Source: a virus
DNA: 64,000 bases
Direction: 5' to 3' (one strand)
Virus record (IMG/VR): IMGVR_UViG_3300037475_000064
Shown here: piece by piece, positions 25,196-32,733 of the stretch
Layout: every line of letters starts with the position of its first letter
Position numbering within the stretch: position 1 is the first letter of the stretch
Made by a program: the position numbers and the translations under genes
Notes under the pieces: generated by a model
Databases searched by the model: none
The model's input: only the letters and a program-made list of their open reading frames with translations
What the model was told of the DNA's origin: nothing

Positions 25196-25491
25196 TCCAC
25201 GACCATCACGCCCGTCCCGGCGAAGCGGGGGTCGTGCGACTTTTTCGCGGACAATTTCTTGCCAGCGTCCATCAGCGGCGCGACCTCGGCGGCGAAGCCG
25301 CGAGGGAAGTGGCCGAGCTTCTGTTGAAAAATGTGCACGGAGACCGCGTTAGGGTCGTACTCGTTGTTTGGCTCACGCTCGACCCGCAACGGCTGGCCCG
25401 GGCCGAGCTTCGCGAGCCATCTATCCGCGCCCGGATAGAAGCTGGAGCCGACGATGCTGACCTGTCGCCTTTCGATACCCATCAGAACCAC
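25183..25491 (-). CDS. HIRAN-domain protein
   Basis: VGSSFY...LRVEREPNNEYDPNAVSV...LGHFPR matches the HIRAN signature. Confidence 0.65.
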   Translation of the reverse strand: MVLMGIERRQVSIVGSSFYPGADRWLAKLGPGQPLRVEREPNNEYDPNAVSVHIFQQKLGHFPRGFAAEVAPLMDAGKKLSAKKSHDPRFAGTGVMVVEWET

Positions 25492-26087
25492 CTCTTGAGG
25501 GCGTAGTTGACGGCTTCGGCGGTTTCCAGTTTCGTTGCTGCGCGCGGCTCAGCATCAACCCAATGCGTGCCCCACGGCCAGAAGACGCGGGCATGTTCGG
25601 TGTCGCCGATGCGCTCGTTGAGCGTGACCGTGCCGTCCGCGAACAGTGTCTCGTGAATTTCGTCGGCGCGTTGACGGTATACATCACCGGGCTCGTAGGT
25701 TTCGAGCGGGCTCTTGAGCAGAACGCATGCATCAAAGCTCGACTTCTCAATGCCGCCGCCTTCGCCCGTTTTGATGGTAGTGAAAGCGTGCGACGGCGTG
25801 ATGTCGTTTAGCTTGGGATGCTGCATCGTGTATCGCTGATTGTAGAACTCGCCCGCGACGATGACGCTCGTGAAGTCCCACGGATGATCATGAATGGTCG
25901 AGACGCCGGGGACAGTGAGGCGATGGTCCCAGAGATTGAGACGATATCGCTTTGGTGCATCGGCGGGGCCGAAGTAGGTCCGCAGGAAGCCGAAGCCTTG
26001 AACGGTCCACGACCGATTTCTGTCTTGAAGAGCGCTGGCGACGAGCGGCTTAAGGAAAGTCAAATCGGTTTTCATAGTGATGCTCAT
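25482..26087 (-). CDS. hypothetical protein, possible cupin-like metal site (start uncertain)
   Basis: STIHDHPWDF motif; candidate starts at 26105 (GTG), 26087 and 26075. Confidence 0.45.
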   Translation of the reverse strand: MSITMKTDLTFLKPLVASALQDRNRSWTVQGFGFLRTYFGPADAPKRYRLNLWDHRLTVPGVSTIHDHPWDFTSVIVAGEFYNQRYTMQHPKLNDITPSHAFTTIKTGEGGGIEKSSFDACVLLKSPLETYEPGDVYRQRADEIHETLFADGTVTLNERIGDTEHARVFWPWGTHWVDAEPRAATKLETAEAVNYALKRWF

Positions 26088-26143
26088 GCATCTGGAGGGA
26101 GACACCTCTCGGCCCGAAGACCGAGAGGGTTCGCTAGTGTTCG

Positions 26144-26674
26144 TCAGGCGAAGTCGTCTTCCTCGGCAACGGCGGCGGCGGCCTTGTCGCCCTCGCCGTT
26201 GAGCAGGACTTCACACGCCTCGTAGACCGCGTCGTATTTCTCGGGCTTGAGGTCAAGCACCTTGCCGACACCGCCGCCGTCATCCATCAGGATGTCGAGC
26301 GCGGATTGCTTGTCCACCTTCGCCGCGACAGAACGGATCATCTCGCGGACCTGATCGATGGTGTGCTTGCCCCCGGCAGCCTTCGCAGCGGCAGCGGGCT
26401 TCGCAGCGGCAGCGGGCGCAGCGGCGGCCTTGTCGGCAGCGGCCTTGGCAGCCTTGCGGGCAGCGATGGCTTTGTCGGCCTCGTCTTTCTTCTGGGCCGG
26501 GGTCTTCGTCGCATCTGACGCGATGGCGTTAGCCGAGGCGGCAGAAGCAGCGGGGCGAGCGGCGGGAGCAGCCGCCGGGCGTGCAGCGGCAGCCGGAGCG
26601 GCCCCTGCCTTCTTTAGGTCGGCGCGCAGGGCATCGATGCCCTCCGCAATTCGGGTAAGCAGGGCGTCAGACAT
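26144..26674 (-). CDS. Ala/Lys/Pro-rich (histone H1/AlgP-like) protein with globular acidic C-terminal domain
   Basis: 176 aa; AAKPAAAAKAAGGK-type low complexity encoded by near-tandem 18-nt repeats around 26389-26424. Confidence 0.6.
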   Translation of the reverse strand: MSDALLTRIAEGIDALRADLKKAGAAPAAAARPAAAPAARPAASAASANAIASDATKTPAQKKDEADKAIAARKAAKAAADKAAAAPAAAAKPAAAAKAAGGKHTIDQVREMIRSVAAKVDKQSALDILMDDGGGVGKVLDLKPEKYDAVYEACEVLLNGEGDKAAAAVAEEDDFA

Positions 26675-26714
26675 GGGGGACAGTCTCCGTATGGGGAAAA
26701 ATCGATGATGGCGG

Positions 26715-26754
26715 TTCCTAGCCCGCTCGACAGCGCACTGTCAAGCGGGTTGGG
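26715..26754 (-). promoter_or_regulatory. candidate promoter (TTGACA-18-TAGGAA) inside a hairpin; carries a shared 17-mer
   Basis: CTGTCAAGCGGGTTGGG at 26738-26754 is identical to 30616-30632; minus strand gives CTTGACAG. Confidence 0.4.
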
Positions 26755-26763
26755 AAACCATTT

Positions 26764-27180
26764 TTAGCCGAGAGCGGCTAGGGCCTCTTCCGACGACACG
26801 TAAGGTGTCGCCACTGTGTATGGCTCGCCGCGCTTGGTGCGCGTCGTGTCTTCGCCGAGCAGGATGCGCCGCTTGATCTCACTGCGGATGAATGCAGCGG
26901 CGACGACGAGATTGGCGACGTTCGACCCGTAGCTCCGCAGGCCGTCCCAGTCTTCGGGATAGTAGTTGAGCAGCGCCAACGAGGTCGCGCGCTGCGCCGA
27001 GTGGCCGTCGAGAATGTGCGAGGTCAAATCCAACTGGGCTTGACCCGCGCGAAGCAGTTGGTTCTCAGTGCTGTCGGCGCGCTCGTTGGCGTCACCCCAC
27101 ATGCGGTCTTGTATCGCGACTTCCGTCGCGATCAGTTCGTCCGCGAGTTTTCCGGCGGATGATTGTTCGATAGTGGTCAT
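26764..27180 (-). CDS. hypothetical protein
   Basis: ATG at 27180 (MTTIEQSS...) preceded by GGAGAC. Confidence 0.5.
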   Translation of the reverse strand: MTTIEQSSAGKLADELIATEVAIQDRMWGDANERADSTENQLLRAGQAQLDLTSHILDGHSAQRATSLALLNYYPEDWDGLRSYGSNVANLVVAAAFIRSEIKRRILLGEDTTRTKRGEPYTVATPYVSSEEALAALG

Positions 27181-27424
27181 GAGGTCGGTCTCCAGTGAGG
27201 TTGAAAAGAAGTTTGACGGCGCGATCAAGTCTTGTCGAAAGTCGTTTCGCCCGGATGCTCTTGATCACGTCGTTGTAGCGAGACTGGGCGAGACGTTTCT
27301 TCTCGGGATGCGCCACGTGATAATCACGGTGGCGGAGCGCAGTCCGTTTTCGGCTGCACTCATGCGAACACGTTTTCCAATTTTTGTGCGAGGCGAACTC
27401 CGCGCCGCAGGATGAGCATATCAC
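27092..27424 (-). CDS. zinc-ribbon protein, first gene of leftward block (3' end uncertain)
   Basis: GTG start; CSSCG...CSHEC; last ~30 codons overlap the next gene. Confidence 0.4.
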   Translation of the reverse strand: MICSSCGAEFASHKNWKTCSHECSRKRTALRHRDYHVAHPEKKRLAQSRYNDVIKSIRAKRLSTRLDRAVKLLFNLTGDRPHDHYRTIIRRKTRGRTDRDGSRDTRPHVG

Positions 27425-27552
27425 GTGGAGGCACCAATTTCAGACACCACATGCGGTATACCGAGCCGCGAAAATTGTCAAGAGCCTCAAAATGCTTGCA
27501 TTCGTTAACTTTTGATGGTAGTGACCATGTCCCAATCCCCCGGAAAGGTCCT

Positions 27553-29916
27553 ATGATTAGACAGCGTACCCTTGACCTCGCGTGGGAATATGTAGAGCGG
27601 CACCTGTATCGCCGCTATCTTTTTCCGATCAAGCCCGGCGCAAAATTTCCGCCGCTGATCAAGAACAATCTCGAAGACGCATCGTGTGATCCTGAGCAGC
27701 TTCGCGCGTGGGAGGCGAAATGGCCCGGATGTAATTGGGGCGTCGCGCACCGCAAATCGGAGTTGATGGTCGCCGACATTGACGTGAACAAGCTCAAAGG
27801 CAAAGTCGGTCAGGCCACCTTCGATGGCCTCGACCTGATCTACGGTTGGCCGCCGACCGAGATGACCACGACGCCGTCCGGCGGCTGGCACATGATATAC
27901 GAAGGTTGGGCCAACGAGAACCACCCCGCTCACATCATGGCGCTCGGCGAGAACGGCATCGGCAAGGACATCGACAGCCCGAACTATACGCTGATCCCGG
28001 GCTGCACGTTTGACGATGGCACGTCCTACGTCGGCAACGACGCCGAAGCCGTCAAGTGCCCAGAATGGATATACGACACCATCAAGAGTGCGAAGACCAA
28101 GAGCCGCGTCACGGACGCAGGCGAGGTCGTCATTGAACTCGACCAGCAAGCCAACATCGAACTCGCGATTGACTTCCTCCAGAATGACGCCGCGCCATCC
28201 ATCCAAGGCTCAGGCGGCGACTTCAATCTGCTCAAGGCCGCCTACTACCTCAAGGACATCGGTATCTCGCAAGGGCTCGGCGCAGAACTCTTGAACGAAT
28301 ACTTCAATCCGCGTTGCGAGCCCGCGTGGGACGTGGCCGATCTCGAAAAGAAGATGGCGGGCGCGTACAGCTACGCCAATCTCTCGAAGGTAGGCGGAAA
28401 GACAGCCGAGGCCGACTTCGCCGACGAGCCGCCAGAAGCCCCAATAGAGCCGATGGGCATCTGGGACAACGAGACAAAGTCCTACAAGAAGGACCCGAAG
28501 CGGCTCAAGGGTCAGGTCAAAGCGCGAGCCAAAGTGCGTAAGCGTGAAGAGGGAAAGCTCGACGACCCGAAACGGGCGAAGACAAAGGCCAACGTCCTCG
28601 ACCAGTTCGTATGGGTCGTCGGCATGGAGCGGTTCATCAACATCGTGGACCCGGTCGGAAACGATGAACGCGACATCTGGAAACGCTCGCAGTTCGACAG
28701 CGAGTTCAACAAGATTTGGTTTCCCGCACCGAAGCGCGGCAGTGCATCGGATTTCCTGCTCCGCGTCCCCAAGGGCGGCTTGCAAAGCTTCTACCGTGTC
28801 GCGTTCAAGCCCGGGCAGCCGCGTTCGCTCGACGGCGGGCTGGCGTTCAATATGTACCGCGCGCCCGATGTGGTGCCTGTCGAGGGCGACCTCGCGTGGT
28901 GGGATGCTCATCTCGAATACCTGTTCCCGGAAGAGACCTATCGAAACCATCTCTTGGATTGGATGGGTTGGCTTGTGCAGAACCTCGACAAGAAACCGAA
29001 GCACGCGCTGATCATTCAGGGCGAGGTCAACGGCACGGGCAAGAGCTTCATCGGCAAGGTGCTCGCCCGCATTCTGCACGAGGCGAACGTCTCCATCGTT
29101 CCACAGAACGGGCTCTCGGGCCGGTTCAACTCGTGGGCTCTCCAGTGCAAGCTCATCCTGATCGAAGAGTTGCGCGCCTCTGACAAGCGCGCGGTCAAGG
29201 AAGCTCTGCACGACATTATCACCGAGGACCGCATCAACGTCGAAAAGAAAGGCGTCGATAGCATGATGGTCGATACCTGTTTCGGCGTCATGGCCTTCAC
29301 CAACGACGACGCCGCGCTCGACCTCGACAACACCGACCGCCGCTACCTCGTGATCCGCACCGACCGCACTGAGGCCGAGGCGCTTGCGCTGTCGGCGCAG
29401 GGCTACTTCATCCGGCTCTTCGCCAAGCTTGAGGACCCGACCGCGATGGCCGCCGTCGCCTACGCGCTCATGAACCGCGATCTCAAGGGCTACAACGGGC
29501 AGGCCGCCGCACCGAAGACCGAGGCAAAGGGTGGCATGAAGAAAGCCGCGATGAGCGACCTTGAGCATCACCTCGACGAGAACCGGGGCGAGTGGCCGCT
29601 CTCCAGCCGCCTCGTGACCATTGAGGACGTGATCTCATCGCTACCGAAACGTATCGAGCAGAAGGGCTACCGGCTGCACGGTACGATCAAGAAGTTCCTG
29701 TTGACCGACCTCGACGGCATTGACCTCGGCCAGTGCACGACGCCGAGTGGCAAGAAACCGCGCCTGTACGCCATCAACGGCGCGGGCAACATCCTGTCGG
29801 CCCAGCCGCGCACCGTAGCGGGCAAAGTCTACGAGGACGACAAGGTCCGGGCTGGCAAGAACCAACCGCTCGAAGACATCGACGACGCCGCCAGTGAGTT
29901 CGACGGAAAAGAATAG
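27553..29916 (+). CDS. bifunctional prim-pol primase / D5-type SF3 helicase
   Basis: N-terminal prim-pol motifs (VADIDV, GGWHMIY), central D5_N-like region, P-loop GEVNGTGKSF; ATG at 27553 with GGAAAGG RBS. Confidence 0.85.
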   Translation: MIRQRTLDLAWEYVERHLYRRYLFPIKPGAKFPPLIKNNLEDASCDPEQLRAWEAKWPGCNWGVAHRKSELMVADIDVNKLKGKVGQATFDGLDLIYGWPPTEMTTTPSGGWHMIYEGWANENHPAHIMALGENGIGKDIDSPNYTLIPGCTFDDGTSYVGNDAEAVKCPEWIYDTIKSAKTKSRVTDAGEVVIELDQQANIELAIDFLQNDAAPSIQGSGGDFNLLKAAYYLKDIGISQGLGAELLNEYFNPRCEPAWDVADLEKKMAGAYSYANLSKVGGKTAEADFADEPPEAPIEPMGIWDNETKSYKKDPKRLKGQVKARAKVRKREEGKLDDPKRAKTKANVLDQFVWVVGMERFINIVDPVGNDERDIWKRSQFDSEFNKIWFPAPKRGSASDFLLRVPKGGLQSFYRVAFKPGQPRSLDGGLAFNMYRAPDVVPVEGDLAWWDAHLEYLFPEETYRNHLLDWMGWLVQNLDKKPKHALIIQGEVNGTGKSFIGKVLARILHEANVSIVPQNGLSGRFNSWALQCKLILIEELRASDKRAVKEALHDIITEDRINVEKKGVDSMMVDTCFGVMAFTNDDAALDLDNTDRRYLVIRTDRTEAEALALSAQGYFIRLFAKLEDPTAMAAVAYALMNRDLKGYNGQAAAPKTEAKGGMKKAAMSDLEHHLDENRGEWPLSSRLVTIEDVISSLPKRIEQKGYRLHGTIKKFLLTDLDGIDLGQCTTPSGKKPRLYAINGAGNILSAQPRTVAGKVYEDDKVRAGKNQPLEDIDDAASEFDGKE

Positions 29917-30126
29917 AGCTTTGTGCAGTGACCGGAAGTCGTAAACCGATGAGCAGATGGCCAGTGTTCTCATCGGAGCAGCCGGTGCCCCGCTAACCCC
30001 GAGGGCGAGACGTGTTGAAGAGAGTTGCAGAGACCGGCGAAGCATGCCGCCGTTCGTCTCATGCGCCCGTCAGCATACATCGGGGACAGAAGCAACGTTG
30101 CGGCAGTCACGCGCCGCCTGCACAAC

Positions 30127-30160
30127 AAAACGCCCGGATCACTCCGGGCGTTTTCGTTTT
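30127..30160 (+). terminator. bidirectional intrinsic terminator
   Basis: AAAA-CGCCCGGA-TCAC-TCCGGGCG-TTTTCGTTTT between convergent genes. Confidence 0.75.
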
Positions 30161-30541
30161 CTAGGAGGCGATGGCGGCCCGCTTCCGGTCTATCAGCGAG
30201 ACCACTTTAGGGTCCGCTGGCAGCGCGCAGATGCGCCGGATCATGTTCTCATCGATGATGGCTTGCCTTAGCCACGCTCTGATCTCGTCAGTGTCACCGT
30301 TGACCACTCTGGCGAGTGTTGCACGTTGCTTGAGACGCCTGAGAGCTTCGAGCCTGTTACGACCGAAGCCCAGTTGGATGCCGAGACCCGGAGAGGGTCG
30401 GCACAGAACGATGGGTTGCAGAACGCCGACGACCGGGATGCTGATCATCAGTTGCCTTACGACTTCCTCGTCGGGCTCCCGACCGTCCACGACCTTGATC
30501 CGGTCCACGACGATCTGTTCCGACGTTAGTGTCACTGTCAT
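30161..30541 (-). CDS. ParB N-terminal (ParB/Srx fold) domain protein
   Basis: VGVLQPIVL ... LGFGRNRLEALRRL resembles ParB box II (GxxRxxA). Confidence 0.6.
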   Translation of the reverse strand: MTVTLTSEQIVVDRIKVVDGREPDEEVVRQLMISIPVVGVLQPIVLCRPSPGLGIQLGFGRNRLEALRRLKQRATLARVVNGDTDEIRAWLRQAIIDENMIRRICALPADPKVVSLIDRKRAAIAS

Positions 30542-30594
30542 TTGCCCAAGCCCCTTTCACTTCTGTACGGTAGCGGACGCTACCAAACGCAGGC

Positions 30595-30638
30595 ACAATA
30601 AGAACGCCCAAGCCGCTGTCAAGCGGGTTGGGCGTTCT
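30595..30638 (-). promoter_or_regulatory. hairpin (terminator-like) containing a promoter TTGACA-16-TATTGT
   Basis: AGAACGCCCAA/TTGGGCGTTCT stem; loop carries the shared 17-mer CTGTCAAGCGGGTTGGG. Confidence 0.45.
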
Positions 30639-30646
30639 TTAGTACG

Positions 30647-31555
30647 TTATCCAGCGACCTTTGGGAAAGGCCGAAGGTTGGTCCACTCGAAGTCCTTCAC
30701 GGAGCCCTTGCGGTTGCGTACCACAAAATTCCATGCGAGGACCCAGACCGCCGCGCGCATCGTATCGTGAATGCGAACAAGCGGGTTCTCTTTCATGATC
30801 TTCGCGAAGGTCCTATTGGCCTTCGAGATCGGGTTCATCCGACCGGGATGCGTCCCGCTAGACCATGCCTCGAAGAACTCATCGGCGAGCGCCTTGTTCT
30901 TCTTGGCGAAGATGTAGTACAGCGCCGACGCAAGCGAGCGCGGCGTGTTCGTGGCCTTCTGCACCAAGAGACCCTTCTCCATCCCGACCGCGATCAGTTC
31001 ATGATCGTAGCCCTGATTGAAGTAGGCGTCCCGGATTTGGGCGCGCGTGAACGTCGTGCGCTCTTTGACTTGGTCGAGGCGGAATAGCTCCAGCCACCGC
31101 ATCACGTGCGCGAGCAGTTGCGGGTTGTCCATTCCGTCAACGAAGAAGTCGTCACCGATGGACCGCGTCCTTCCCTTGTCGAGCCATGGGAAGACAGCGT
31201 CATCGATCCCGAACACGACATGCGTCGTGAACGATTTGCGCGCTCTCACGCAAGCATAGAGCCGGTTCTGGCCGTCGCCGAGCACGCCGGATTTGGTGAA
31301 CTTGATCGTGTCGCCCGTGAGGTGCCACGTCCCGTTCGTCATGTCTTCGGCATACTCTTTGATCTTGCTAGGCTTGCGGCCTCGGTTGTGACTGTTCATA
31401 CCGGGCGTATCGGTGCCGACCCCGAGGATGGTCGCGGCGGCCTTCGGCGTGAACGTGATAACCCGAGAAGTCTCGGGCGGCTTCTTAATCCACTCGTTGA
31501 TCTGGTCCATAAGATCAACCGTGGAACGTGTCTGTAAGACAGCTACGTTACTCAT
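30647..31555 (-). CDS. ParB-like nuclease-domain protein
   Basis: NRGRKPSKIKEYAEDMTNGTWHLTGDTIKFTKSGVLGDGQNRLYA (DGQHRL-type motif); ATG at 31555 with GGAGAG RBS. Confidence 0.55.
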   Translation of the reverse strand: MSNVAVLQTRSTVDLMDQINEWIKKPPETSRVITFTPKAAATILGVGTDTPGMNSHNRGRKPSKIKEYAEDMTNGTWHLTGDTIKFTKSGVLGDGQNRLYACVRARKSFTTHVVFGIDDAVFPWLDKGRTRSIGDDFFVDGMDNPQLLAHVMRWLELFRLDQVKERTTFTRAQIRDAYFNQGYDHELIAVGMEKGLLVQKATNTPRSLASALYYIFAKKNKALADEFFEAWSSGTHPGRMNPISKANRTFAKIMKENPLVRIHDTMRAAVWVLAWNFVVRNRKGSVKDFEWTNLRPFPKVAG

Positions 31556-31712
31556 CGTACTCTCCAACAAAACCCCCTTCCGTATCGCCCGCGTTCGGAA
31601 TTGAGCGCAAGCCTCTCATGCGATTGAGATGCAACAGAAGATACATGAGCTATGCTGCTCGTCAACCCCGCCCCGCCACATTGTCACCCGGTATGGTGAA
31701 CGCCCAACACGC

Positions 31713-31742
31713 TTGACACGTCCCGGACAGAGCGGCTATTCT
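31713..31742 (+). promoter_or_regulatory. sigma70-like promoter TTGACA-18-TATTCT for the tmRNA locus
   Basis: Consensus -35 hexamer; no ORF downstream on the + strand. Confidence 0.5.
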
Positions 31743-31800
31743 CGCGATTGCTAGGACACAACGGACAAGGCTTTGGCCGCGTTCAATTCCGACGACGGTC

Positions 31801-31914
31801 GGGGCGATTGTTAATCGTGGATGGGTAGCGTGTGGTTGACCAGTCTTAGCGATGGTTCTGAATGTCAGGACGGACCGTGATCAGACGCGGGGGCAGTACC
31901 CGCCGCCTCCACCA
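31801..31914 (+). ncRNA. ssrA: tmRNA acceptor piece (3' tRNA-like half ending CCA); 5' boundary uncertain
   Basis: T arm GCGGG-GGCAGTA-CCCGC (31887-31903), acceptor 3' strand CGCCTCC (31904-31910), ACCA (31911-31914). Confidence 0.7.
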
Positions 31915-32075
31915 CGGACAGCGCGAAGCGGTATGGATACCGTGCATCGAATATGCGACGCCTCTTCGTAGGGTCTCGCGCTGTCTCTGATGGGGGCGAA
32001 CTAGGATCGATGGGCACGACGAAGTCAGGAAGTGAACCCGGCATGATACCGCCGACATCGGGTCAAAAACTAAAT

Positions 32076-32120
32076 GTGAACGACAACGTTCCCATGACCG
32101 AAATGCGCCTCGCGGCGTAA
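32076..32120 (+). other. tmRNA tag reading frame VNDNVPMTEMRLAA-stop
   Basis: GUG AAC GAC AAC GUU CCC AUG ACC GAA AUG CGC CUC GCG GCG UAA, preceded by CAAAAACUAAAU (compare the remembered E. coli AAAAAAUAGUC-GCA). Confidence 0.6.
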
Positions 32121-32159
32121 GCGGTTGGGGTTAGTCCACCTAGCAACAGAATGGCTCGT

Positions 32160-32194
32160 ATCGCCCGGCGCGCAAGCTCCGGGCGATTTGCGTT
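32160..32194 (+). terminator. intrinsic terminator of the tmRNA unit
   Basis: ATCGCCCGG / CCGGGCGAT stem then TTTGCGTT; overlaps the stop of the convergent HNH gene. Confidence 0.65.
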
Positions 32195-32624
32195 AGAAGG
32201 GAATGTCCTCGGGAGCCGGGCGAGCGGGAGCGCATGGGCGGGCAGTTCTGCGGTTCTGGGATGGGGTCGCCCACGTCAGGTTCTCGCGCTCGCAGTTCAA
32301 GCTATCGCCGTCCCCGTGGTCGCCCATGGTGTGTCTATGGCTCGGCTGAGCCTTCCCGGTCCGTTTAAGGACCTCTTTGTGCAGATAGAGCTTGATCCGG
32401 CGATGCGCTGCCCCGTCCGTGGTAGAGCGCGTGGCGTATGCTTTTCGCTTATGCCGGTCCCACGTGATCTGCCATTTCCATTGCAGCGCCCACGCGTAGT
32501 CATCGAAAGAGACCGTCGCATATATCCCGCGCTCAACGTCGAGCCAGATGCGATGCTCCGCCGAAGACCTCGTCAGATGTGAAGTCGGTATGGTAGGGCA
32601 GGCCGCAGCGTTGACATCTACCAA
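32193..32624 (-). CDS. HNH homing-type endonuclease (start uncertain)
   Basis: GDHGDGDSLNCERENLTWATPSQN HNH core; upstream AP2-like IWLDVERGIYATVSFDDYAW; TTG start in the track; ends ...PEDIPF. Confidence 0.7.
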   Translation of the reverse strand: MVDVNAAACPTIPTSHLTRSSAEHRIWLDVERGIYATVSFDDYAWALQWKWQITWDRHKRKAYATRSTTDGAAHRRIKLYLHKEVLKRTGKAQPSHRHTMGDHGDGDSLNCERENLTWATPSQNRRTARPCAPARPAPEDIPF

Positions 32625-32733
32625 AACACATCTCCATAACGCTCATCGGCTCTTGATCCCACACGGCGACGCCGCGCTCATTGACGTGATAGCTGACCGG
32701 GCACTGGCATTCGGTCGGGTCAGTCTTGGGCAT
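32533..32733 (-). CDS. small Cys-rich (zinc-finger-like) protein
   Basis: ATG at 32733 (MPKTDPTECQCPV...CFGRCQRCG); 3' end overlaps the HNH 5' region. Confidence 0.4.
   Translation of the reverse strand: MPKTDPTECQCPVSYHVNERGVAVWDQEPMSVMEMCFGRCQRCGLPYHTDFTSDEVFGGASHLARR

Larger units (their letters stand above)
31992..32194 (+). ncRNA. ssrA: tmRNA coding piece (5' acceptor strand, pseudoknot region, tag template, terminator)
   Basis: GGGGGCG (31992-31998) pairs with CGCCUCC including G3:U70; GGAUCGAUGGG resembles the conserved tmRNA 5' region; tag frame ends LAA-UAA. Confidence 0.7.

Noticed and set aside
28210-29571. 453-aa ORF on the minus strand
   Set aside because: It is antisense to the primase-helicase gene, which has clear motifs. 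It is a shadow ORF.
31801-31914. Reading GGGGCGA...CCACCA as a compact one-piece tRNA-like or mini-tmRNA
   Set aside because: The 5' GGGGCGA pairs with the 3' strand CGCCUCC for only 4 bp. The downstream GGGGGCG pairs perfectly, which supports the permuted arrangement.
31846-32058. 70-aa minus-strand ORF inside the tmRNA locus
   Set aside because: It has poor composition and no RBS. The region is better explained by the structured RNA on the + strand.
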